From assembly GCA_002633005.1 (NCBI GenBank), contig NMRA01000340.1, positions 357,435-421,434 of the forward strand: a stretch of 64,000 bases of DNA. Reading direction: 5' to 3'. Both the position numbers and the translations under genes were made by a program. Origin of the DNA: Phoronis australis. Lineage: Eukaryota; Animalia; Phoronida. This document shows, piece by piece, positions 12,201-24,200 of the stretch (position 1 is its first letter; the number at the start of each line of letters is the position of its first letter). The notes below the pieces were generated by a model. It was not told the origin of the DNA. It did not search any database and saw only the letters and a list, made by a program, of their open reading frames with translations.

Positions 12201-15200
12201 CAGTCATTATATGATACGGTATTTCTTTTGCTTCACAAAGCCTAACCTAGAAAATTTCAAGAGTTTTTTTACGGATTTGATATCCTCAATTATACTTTTG
12301 GGTAAAAAAAACAGCGGAAATCGAGGTAAGGACGTCACGATGATGAACAAAATAGCTGCCAAAATACTGAACAAAAAATTCTGTCGTGTCATTGTTGTGG
12401 AATGATTGCAAATTGACTAACTGTGCATGTCACCCACGAAACACAGATATTGCCTACAAACAAAACGAAAACCAATTTCGGTCATCAAAAAATGACTGAC
12501 AAAGTGGCAATCTTAACAAGGTATATTAGAAGTACTTTGCAATATAAGTTGTTAAATTTATCTGTTTATTGTAAATTAGACAATTGAAAACAGTTGAAGG
12601 TTACAGGTAGTCATTAGACAGGGAAGCAGGTGATTGACAAAATGACCGACAATTCACAAAACACCAATTTACAGCGTGCATGGCGAGAATTTCATTTTTT
12701 TTCGGAAACTTGCAGCAGCTACCTGATTTAGCACTGGATTTCAAAGGTACTGTAAAAAAAATCTCAATAGTGATGAAATTGGAATTGGTGACTTGTTCCT
12801 TCGAACAAGGTTTTAACTTTGGTTGTCTAAATACAGTTGCCTTTCTTTTAAGGCTATCGTGCTATAAGACGAATTTTGGACTTGCTTGTCATATGGCCCT
12901 ACGTTTGAGCATACAGGAGGTTTAAAGAGTGGTCGTAGACAGCACAAATAAAATACACCCACGGGTTCCTTTCATTGCAAGCAACCTCATGCATGAATGA
13001 TGACGAACAAAGTGCAAACGCTGGTTTCACACATGTGGATCGGAAATTGCTATTTCAGCGATTACTAAAGGCTGCGGAAGAATATAGTAAGTTTGTTGCA
13101 GTAGATTGCATTTGCAATTGCAACGCATATGAACAAATGTTGAACTACTTTTTGTAATGAAATACAAAGTATCTTGGACAGAATGGACGTTTTGCCAAAA
13201 ACTACCCCATAAAACATTGTGAACACTCTCTAGCAATACCACCGGCATTGCCTTGAATGCTTCTGATGAATATACATATCCGCTGTCATGGGAACCCTTT
13301 ATTGGATTTGTAAAGTTATGCTACAAGCATTGGTAATTGTAACACACCTTTGATCAAGCCAATCAGAAGTAATTGCTGTATTCATTTCATTCTCAGTGTT
13401 GTACGCAGGAAGAAAAAATAAAACTAATATTGGAACCGTTGACACAAACTGGATGTCTCTATATTTTCATGCTTGTAGTGTTAAACGCGTTTAATGCGGC
13501 TTTTATTTTGTTTATGAAAGAAGTTAACAGGCTTACTTACATTAGACGCCCTGGCGTGAGTTTTGGATATTCAAAATGATGCTAAGTGGCTTAATGTACC
13601 AAACATAACTCTTTGATTTTAGGTGTCAATTTATCCAAGTCTGTTGCGCTAGGGATACACATTAGAAATGCTATTTCCATGTTTGTGAACGTAAGTTTCC
13701 TTGGCAGCCATTTTTTGGTAGAAGAAAGTGTATTTGCTCCAGGTCGATTAAAATCCTGTTGCGTTGGTATGTGGCGTGTGCAGCTAAACATTATGTTGCA
13801 ATTCCAGAACACCTGGTTACCATGGAAACGGTGCAGGTTCAATGTTGGCAATTCCCTTAAAGTTAAGGGATGGTTAATAAATGATTTTAACATAATTGTT
13901 TGCCATCGGGCCTAAAACTGGTGGCCGTGACCGTGAAAATATCTGGTTACCATGGCAACAATAGCCAATTCAATTTAGAAATATCCCTTAGTGTCAACGC
14001 AGAGTCAATCTAATTACACTTGGAAAGATTGCATGCTTCTCACATGAATTTTCCCCCAAACCCAAGATTGTTGATTAGCAAAATACCTGGTTGCTGTTAC
14101 AATGGTCCATATTTCAGCTTGTCAACACTCATATTGTGTACTTTGAGCATGGTTGCCTGCTTCGAACATGACTCTGCCATGAAACGTAAAAGTGCTGATT
14201 TTGGCCGGCTGACTAAATAACCTTTTTAGAAGTGGGGATTTGGTGTCGGAGTCAAGTGGCAGATGGGTTGAATATTTTCAGAAATGACGAGCTTTCAGCC
14301 GGGTGGGTTTACTTTCATCTCCCGTATTCCAGAATAACTTGACACGCATGCATAATTTTGATGGATTTTATGCGAGATTGTTTTTGGTTTGCTTATAATG
14401 TTTCCAGTCTTTGACTACTTGGCCGGTCGAAATCCTTTACTAAGTGTCAAAAATGTTCGATTTACCTCGGCCAGTCGGTGGCATAGTTATACAAATCTCG
14501 CTCCTAACTTGGCATTCCGGGTTTGAAATCCCGATAAGTTTATAACCATATCTCCTAACCTAATGAGTTTTTTGGGGGAAGGTACTAACGGAGTACTGTG
14601 CTGTTGAATAGCATGATTAACCTTGTGGTTCAACAACCGGAATGTGCAAGGCCATTGTCTTTGCAGCTTTTTGAGAGAACAGCAGCAAAAGAAAAACTGA
14701 TTCGTGCAAGATAATTGAAGCATTTTTGAGGAAAAAGCTTCGAGCAACTTGTGAACTGTTGCCTGAAATAAATTCGTGTAATTCTACTTTGCCCATTTTA
14801 AGGATCATCCATTGTCGTCAACTACATTGCTTTAAGGCAAGGAATAGTTTGCCAAGAACCGCTCACGTATTACTCAATTATATTCAATCGATTAAATGAC
14901 AACCATATAACTCTTAGAGTTTTTTTTTGCTTCCCGATGTCTTTCCACTGTTTGAGAAATTTGCAGGAGATTGACAGGACCTAAAGAACAGAAGTAAATT
15001 TTGTATTGGTGTCACTTATAGTGAATGTTGTTTTATTGGGTATTTTACGGTCTCTGTGTTTAGGAAGACATTGTTACTGAGTGTGTGTGCAAAGTTTTGA
15101 CATGAGGCAAAAGCAAAGTATATATGTCTGTCAATCTATTTAAAAAGTTCGCACTATCTGGATATAGTTGATATTTTCCGTTTGTGTTTGCTGCTCCTAA

Positions 15201-18200
15201 TACCCTTTTCTCGTTCAGGTTTTGGTCTATTGGAATCTGGCATGTCAGATGCGAAGAACGAAGTTAACATCATGGTGAAGAATGCAGTGGACGTAATATT
15301 TGGCGGCCTGACTTTCTGGATGTTTGGTTTTGGCATCAGTTTTGGAGACGGGCCGAACTCTACTCCATTTGTTGGGGTGGGCTATTTCTTTGTGAATGCA
15401 AAAGAAGACACCATGGGATTCATCTATTCGTGGTTCTTTTTCCAGTTATCTTTTGCAACGACAGCTACAACCATTGTTTCGGGAGCAATGGCAGAAAGAA
15501 CAAAACTAGTCGCCTACATTGTCTACTCTTTTCTAAATACAATCGTTTACAGCATGCCCGCTCACTGGTGCTGGGCAAAGAAGGGGTTTTTGCACAACCT
15601 GGGATTTGTTGATATAGCCGGTGCAGGCCCTGTACACTTGGTAGGCGGAATGTCCGGTTTAGTGGCCACTCTTATGCTTGGACCTCGTACGGGACGTTTC
15701 CAAGAGGGTTCGGAGCACGTGATGGGCAGTCCCACCAACGCACTTTTAGGCATGTTCATGTTGTGGTAAGCTAAAATGTTGCTCTGGATGTGATGTAAAT
15801 GAATGTATCGTTCTTCGCATTGGTCACCAGTTCCCAAACTCCGGTTTCCTTAACTTCCATGTAATTCGACGTGTTCGGCAGAGTCATTCCGTATATCTTA
15901 AGAACGCTCTTATTGTCCCGTTGGCGACGACTCAGTTGGATTTCTCCGTGATTCAGTGTTGACGCAATACTCGCACCGAAAGTGTAAAGGATTACGCCCC
16001 ATAAGCCTCTATTCAAAAAGATATGTCTTTTGGTCACATAAACATATACGCCCCATACAAAGACAGTTAACTCAGCATGTGACATGAAAGTGAGTAGACA
16101 ATCAGAACTGACCAATAGTGAACCAATTTACTGGTACACTGACTTCATGAGAAAAGTAAGTTTTATAAAAATAGGAACTGATCCCAAACCTGATATTGGG
16201 TTATAATGGAAAGAGAGAGGTCAACAAGGCCCGACGACGACGACCGAAGGCAACACTACTCCCTCGAGATCGGTCCATGTTTGTTTTGGTACACAACCAC
16301 TGACGCTATTTCATCTGATTTTTCGTCTTTTATTAGATTATCTTGTTCATATCTCTTTTGGTGAACTGGTGTTGCCAGCTTATTTAGGTGTCAGGGCTTA
16401 TGGTTTCTAAAGCACCTGGTTGGTTAGATTACGAATAGTGACATCTGAGGTCTGGCCATCACGAATGAGGAGTGTGGTTAGTAGTAGGGGATATTGGAAG
16501 TTATCATACTGTGTTTCAGCCAATCAAAGGAGAGAAAACGATAGGTGCACGTGTGACCAGACGCAGAGGCAAAGACTGTCACGGGAACTCATACCATACA
16601 CACTGTATTTAATAAAGTACGGTCCCTTTCAAATGTCGGAATAATGATTGGTTACAAAATAACTGAGTTATACTGCATACACGTTTTGTACCAAAAATGT
16701 GTAACTGTATCTCGAATCGTGATATGTAAAGCCATTTGAGCTCGGATTTCGTCATCGTTGAAATACTTTCCTTATCATAGATCTCGATATGACAGCCACT
16801 TGTACAAGTGTGCTTGTAGTAAATGTAAGCTGCATCATGCGCGCACACAGCGGGGGAGGGCTAGTGGACTCGAATAGCCCATTTGGCCAAGTGGTCAAAA
16901 AGGCTTCCTCAGAGAAACAAAAACTGCGACAAAAAGTAGAAAACAAGGCGAAAGTCCACTAAAAAGCCAGGAACTACCAAAAATCGGCGAATGCACTATT
17001 CATAGCTCTGAAAGTTCCCTGTGAAACTTAGAAAAATGTCCATAATCTCGAGCCCCCCATTTTTTACGCTGGGTGCGGGCATGTGCATTACTTAGATTGT
17101 TCTCTGAAGATGGTGACTAGCTTTCAGCAATTGCTTTGTCCTCATCTGTTCTTGCCCTTTTGTTACCCACAGGTGGGGCTGGCTAGGGTTTAATTGTGGC
17201 AGCACGTTTGGAATTTCTGGCGGGAAATGGAAGCTCGCTGCACGTGCCGCGGTAGTTACAGTCATGTCTTCGATGTCCGGAGGGGCAATGGCATTTATTC
17301 TCAGCTACATCAAGACTAAGAGATTTCACATTGAAATCGTTATCACTGGTCTTCTGGCGTCTCTAGTAAGCTGCACTGGTAAGCTATACCAATCAAAACT
17401 TAAAGACGTTTAAAAAGCTCATAGTTACCGGCGCTTTGTTATTTTTCAGTGTGGCAACATGAACATTGTCTGTGTTACCTGAAGATTTATATAGCTTGTC
17501 GATCACAAATTACCTGGCTGGTTCGAAGTAATAGAGGCTAAGCAAATGAAAAATCAATGTTTTGTATACAACACTTTCGTCAAAAGTTGAACGTCTCATC
17601 GTTAACACTGAGGGTAAACAATGCTCCTTCTTCACAGACAGTATACTAAACATTTTCATCAACAGCGTCCCTCCCCTTTGGTTGAATTCTTTTCTCGCAA
17701 GCTGTAGTTACTTTTTGTACATCATAAAGCTATTTCACGGACACTTTCTTTTCCCATAAACTGCTCTTTTTACTCTCTTCTCTTACCCATTACCTCACGT
17801 CAAATCAAACCGACCTTTTTGCCATTCTCAAGCCGTGTCACCAGGAGAGCTACATGAAGCTTAAAAGCGGCTATAAATCCGCTTTCTGTTCGTTTTTAGA
17901 CCAATTACCGCTATAAAACTGGCCACAACTTGTTCCTTACTCAAAAAGAAACTGATTTATTAGCTTCCAAAGATCTGACAGTTCATTATTCGTCAAGACC
18001 GTGCTAGGGCTTAAAATGGCCCGCCGTAACAAATTAATTTGTAAAGTATGGTCTCAAGAAATAACGAATTTTGATTTCTTCCGAATTTCAAATCCCATCC
18101 AACTAGGACAAGGAACAGTTTGAGACCAGTTCCATAACTGTCACTGATCAAAACCAATAACGTTTTTTTGTGATGAAAGACGGTTGCATAGCCGCTTCAA

Positions 18201-21200
18201 AGCCTAGGCAACAGTGGCCCGGGCACGTCAAGCACAAAATTCACTATCTAGGTCATGGTGTACAACGTGCCTTGCATTCCATGCACAGGCCAGTATGCTT
18301 TTGCGCGACTGTCAGATGAAAGGAAAGCCGTGTAACCAGTCTCTCCTTGTGTTTTGGAAGTCCTCGTTAACAAGCTCATGGGCTTATAACCGGGCAGATA
18401 CGAGGTTTTTATTGTGAACCAATAGATGCGGCCGGTCTATGAGAAAAGAAATAGTCATTAGTAGAGACATTTCCGTTAGAAGAGTACTGCGGTACTTATG
18501 AAAAATCTTCGGCTTTTGACAAAAATGTATTCGTGAAAGAAAATAACTGATAATGGGAAGTTCCGTGCGGTTCGCAAACATGGAAGACTGCATATTCTGA
18601 AATTCTCAAAAAGTCATACTCTTGTGATTAAAATTTACTCGTGTTTGGATGCGTTTTTTATTGTAGTTTAGTACGATCATCATTTCGCTGTAAACTGGTT
18701 TTAAAGTAACATTATCGGCGAGAATAGTGGTTTTCTAGATCAGTCCCGGTGCAGATTCGAACATGGAACCTCTGCGGACGCAGTCGAACGCTCTGCTAGC
18801 GAAACCAACAAAACTAAAAATCACTCCATAAATGGTAGAGTATTTTAAACGTTCTTTAAACTGGTTAATTCGCCGGCGAATGTGTGGTAGACAAAGGCAA
18901 AAATTGTAACAAGATCAGAAAAACACAACAGGTTATATTTTTATATCTCTGGTTAAAGCTGATATCATCGAACCATTTATGCCATCCAACAATATTTCCA
19001 AAATGAGTTTTTTGGTTATAGAATCGATAATACTCAATTAAAAACTAGAACAAAATATTCTTTAAATTAGTAAAAATGACCTATTTATTTGCTTGCTTTC
19101 AATGGTATCCATGCGCTAAGTGTAGTACGTAGAGATGTAAAGTGGATCAAATTAACGACACGTACTGTACAGTAAATTTATTACTAGTCTACGTGAGACA
19201 CAAATTCGAATGCGTCACCAATGAAATATTAGCCGTTAACGTGGTTAATTTCCAGCTTGAAGTTCCGCACAAATTAGAGATCGTGCGTCGTAGCCAGATG
19301 CACTTCTTGAAACGGTGTGGCGACCAATGATGTGCAAATTGTGGCGACCAGGGTTAGTTCGAGCATTATGCCGATGGGAGAGGGTGGTGTTGAGAACGTT
19401 AGCAACTCAAATTACTAGGGATCCCAAACTCTTTGTTACTTAGTGTTCATTAGAAAAATACCAAATTAAAAAAACTCGTTTTAATATTGAACACATGTGT
19501 CTCTTTAATGTTAAATACATTCTAACTTGACAAGTTTTTGTTATTATTTTGACGTAGTTTGGGGAATTTGCATGTTTTACTTTAGCACCATTAACAAAAC
19601 GTCATACTGCGACTGTTGCAATCGATGATTCGATTCCGTGTAGAGCTGATATAAAAAGTATCGCCGCTTATTTCATTTTAAGTATGTTAAAATTACAGCT
19701 TCGTGCGCTCTGGTTCACCCGTGGGAAGCATTAATTATCGGCGGTGTAGGGACAGTGCTAGCAACCCTAACGGAGCCCATGTTGGTGAAACTCAAGATAG
19801 ACGACCCAGTTGGAGTGATCCCCGTCCACTGTGTGTCCGGTGTTTGGTCCATACTGGCTGTGGGACTTCTCGTAGATAACGTAAGAATGTTAGCGATCAA
19901 TTGTCATTTATTTTGAAATAAATACAACTATAAACGCATATGATGTACTGAGGTGAACCATTGATTTTAGATCATCCAATATGAAGCCCGACTTTCCAAT
20001 GGGAAGGTCATGTCTTACAATGGGAAGTACGGACCCAAACATGGAAGCGACAGACGGGAAATGGGAGAGATAGGGTTGTGATGGGAAGAGCCATAATCAT
20101 TTAATTTATTTGCACACTTTTAAAACATACAATAAATTATTGAAGTGGACATCGTTAGCAATATATACATGTAATCAGTCGCGCTGGGTATCAAATTTGC
20201 TGGACCCCAGCTTGGCGTATAAAGCGGCTAAAATTCTACCAGTTTTTGTTTGACATGCATCGACAGACATCCTGATCTTCAGTCCGGGAACGAAAAATCC
20301 CCCAAACCACGTGCATTAATCGTAGAAACCTGGTCGACGATTATTGCACGGATACGCAGCTTTGGGGTTTTACCTACATCATAGATGTTCGTTTTGATGT
20401 GCATGTATAAAATACAGAAAAGTTCGTTTACTTTGAATTTTAGCCGACGTATTCGGCAAACTCAGGTCCAGCAACTTACACATAATCTTTACAAGCTCTG
20501 GCTCATAGAGGGCGGCTGGCAAGGTCCACCCCCTTGCGAAAAGTCAACGACAAACAAACAAGATGTCAGAGGCAAATACACTGTCTCTAAACGATGTTCC
20601 TGGTGGAATCGATGAGTGTTTTTTGCACTATTCCAAAACGCTTCGACAAGGACAACAAGCGATGCTTTTCAGCAAAGAATCCTACGTTTATGATGTGGGA
20701 ATTTGCAAAGGTGATGATGAAAAAATAATCATCTCATACGCGTTGAATCTGTCGAGGGAAATACGGCCATGTATTAAAGTTTTCCGTATTCACCTCCCTC
20801 ACTACTTCCAACAGTGACCTCTGACATGGAAAGTTCAAAAGGTAGTTCAATGTCGACTCGACGTCGATCATCAAACTTTCCGAATATAGTTTAAAGTAAT
20901 TCAGTTGCAGCAGTGTAACTAACACTCGACATGCAACCAGGCCCTAAACGTAAAATCTGGAACAAAACTGTTAATTATATGACACTTATGTTTCAGTTTT
21001 CAATTCGTGAATACTATATCGTCTGCAACTCAGGCGCCGATTCCTTGGAAACTATCAAATATTTTTGTTTTTTTTAACTATTTCTAGGAGATGTTATAAG
21101 TTCACTGCACAGTTGCCGTTGTTTTCATCTTTGCTACCTCTTTTCAAGAAATAAGTCATTACTTATAAAACTGTTTCTTTTATAAGAGATAACTTGCAAC

Positions 21201-24200
21201 CTAACGCGCAAGTGTATAGGATGTGATCCGCCATGTGAACAGTCATGGTGAAGTATTTAAAAAATCTACCGAAAAAATGTAAGAAACTTAGGAATTCGAA
21301 GCGTGTGGGATAAATACAAAACGTACCGCGTAGGCCAACATGAAGTAATATCCCACTCGACCTTATTCGGCGTATACCCGGAATAATGTCTCGTGGGATA
21401 TTACTTCATGTACACCACTCTCGGTACGTTTTGTGTATGTATCGGAGGAAAAGTAGACTATTTCGGAGCCAGCGAAAATCCGAAGAGAACCCCACAAGGG
21501 GTTTACCTTCAACTGACAAATGACATGGCCACTGATGCGACATGTTCATGTAAAGCCGGGTAGGTACCTTAAAGTCGAATTACCTGTACGATGACATAGA
21601 TTTTAGGATCTTTCGAACAAAATCAGTGAAGAATCACCGATATTTTTATTCCGTCGTCTACTAAAATCCGCCAAATGAAAAGGTCAAAACTGCCGTGGGA
21701 CTCCCCGGGTAAACTAGGTCAAGTCGAAAGCTCTGTTTACGCTTTTCTATAATCTTCGAACGAAATATTTCGATTAAAAAAACTCAGGTTTATAGCTTAA
21801 GTACACACTCATCTTGTCCAAAGCATGCAGTTAGCTCCGGTAGGTCTAGGGCTGTGTCCAAGTCAATTTAATGCACGTAATTGCACCATTAAGACATTGA
21901 CGTAAGGCTTACCTTCTGACGAACTTCGGATTTTTTGTAGTTTCAGTGCATAAAGGTAGCTTGCAGTTATTTTTAAACGTAGCATGATCATTAAACTATG
22001 GTATGGTTACAAAAATGACAAGTCTGGTGTAGCGGCAAAAATGGCTATTTACAAAAATAACTCGAATTCCTTTTTGATGCTTCATAAATCTAAATAACAT
22101 GTTTTAGCAACTTCAAAATGACATCTTTGTAACTCTACAGGCGAAGTGTATTATAGAGGTTCTCATCAAAAAGTAATTCAACTGCTTATTTTTTTCGTGA
22201 CAACAGCTCGAACAGGGCTTTGAGTTCAGTAATCCAGTGCCCCTACCTGTGCCGATCGAATCTCTCAATTTTGGAAAAAAAGTTCAGTTGAACGCCAGCT
22301 TGCGGCTATATGAATGACAAAAAATGTATTTCTGCTACGAAACAAAACGATGTCTATAGGTCAAAATAACTGAAAAAATAGTAAAAATATTAAACAATTG
22401 CCAAGGACTATCGATAGACTGTAGTGCTGAGATCCAGCAGGTGCCGAGACAAAGGCGGTCAGACGAGTGAAACTCCGGAGTCAAAAACAGATAAGCTTAC
22501 ACTACATGGGTGCACCCCCAATTTGGCGAATCGGGCGAAAAGGTCCGCCTCAGCTAAACAAAAAGTCTGAGTGAACGAGACAAAAATCCACAAGAATTCA
22601 CGGGAAGTCGGCGCGGTTGCACAAACCGTGGACCTGAACCTAGTGGCCCCGTTTTTTTCAGTCCTCGCTGATTTCTTTCAGTAAAAGGTCCGCATACCGA
22701 AAAATACGAGCCCCGCCCCCTTATATTTTAGACTGGGTGCGCGCATTCACTATAGCCACGAAACTGAAAAGTGTGTATCCACCGAATTTCTTGAGCTATA
22801 GACTAAAATAAACTTTACACGACAACGTATTGTCTGTCGGGTAAAATGGCGGTTTGGAAACGCAGACGAAGGTGTGTCAAGAATGCTGTGTTCTGATTGG
22901 TCACTTAAGCCGTCAGTCGTAATCCTGGCGATAGGTCAATTGTCCAATCGAATGTTTGGATTTGCGAGGTCATTTCCAAAGAATAACTGAACAAATGAGT
23001 CACGTATCACCATCGAACTTTTGGGACATAAAGGCAATATGTTTCCGAACTCTATTGAGGTTTTTGGTAATCGGCACTAGAGACTGTAGAAGCGGCTGTA
23101 TCCCCGCGTTTCGTCCAAGAAACAAACTTACCGTTGTAAACCTTGATTCAAATTGTTCCTTGCTCAGTTGAGAGATGGTTTATGGGTTTGCTAAGAAGTG
23201 CAGCTTGTTTTTCCCTGAGACCATGCTGGGCGCATAAAATGAAACGCCGTAGAAAGCCAGGTTGTAACGACTAGTGGCCTCATGCAATAACCAACTGACT
23301 GTTCTTTCAAATATCTGAAATTATCCCACTCTAATTTTAATAAAAAGGGAGCCTAGCTTCTTAATGACATATGATCTAAATTAAAAGATGTTTTTGTAAT
23401 CGAAGTCGGCTTTATAGTCGGTTTAAACTCGGGCGGGCTGTTGCCACGCCTTTTGTGTCATTCAACACTTTTGCCACGCCTTTCGTGTCATTCAACACTG
23501 TTGCCACGCCTTTCATGTCATTCAACCTTGTTGGTACGTACTAGCGCCCATTGCCCTGTGTGTAGAGTTCAGTGGCTGTCAAAAAAATCACGCAAAAGTA
23601 ACGTGCTCTCATTGAAAATACGCTGCAATATGTCGCAGAATCTCGCGAGACCTTGCTTTCTAACGACGTACTAGCGTTATTGATCCTCTACCCGGGATAT
23701 CCTTGAACTTTTACTTGTACCTGGCTGTCTCACGCCTAGATAAGAGGTCTCGAGCAATGACATGGCTTGCGAATATAACTGAACCACGTCTCTGTAACGA
23801 ATTGAGTCTTTCCGGTATGTAGTTAAGTTTAGATCAGGAGCTAGCCATTTCCTGTGAGAATCTGCGCGCATGCCTTCATTTGACTCTGATTATCTTAAGC
23901 AACGAGACTTAAGCAATGGTACACCATCCTTTGAGGTTTCTCAGTGCTCTGATGTGGTGTTGACATATATAACCATCGTTGCAACAATCACAAAAATGCT
24001 GTGTTAGTGCTTGTCAAAATCTCAATCAAGTACTCGGCAACAATTCAGCAGTACCTGTCAATGGTAAACTTGAAGCCATTTAGTACTTCATGAGTCCACA
24101 TTTAGTGTCTTAAGTTGCATAATCCGGTCAGGTTATCTCCACATGTAAGAGGAAGCGACATTAGCCAACTATGTCTTGTAAAATCGGCCATCAAAACCAC

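Noticed and set aside
13570-14490. Region with recurring ctggttaccatgg motifs and two 100-aa ORFs
   Set aside because: Probably a non-autonomous repeat, but ends and TSD could not be defined and the ORFs show no recognisable domain.
18743-18806. Functional tRNA gene
   Set aside because: Cloverleaf cannot be closed (poor acceptor and D stems); kept only as a tRNA-like relic.
23438-23532. CRISPR-like appearance of 30-bp repeats, and ORF 23441..23674
   Set aside because: Repeats are head-to-tail with no spacers, there are no cas genes and the context is eukaryotic; it is a minisatellite.
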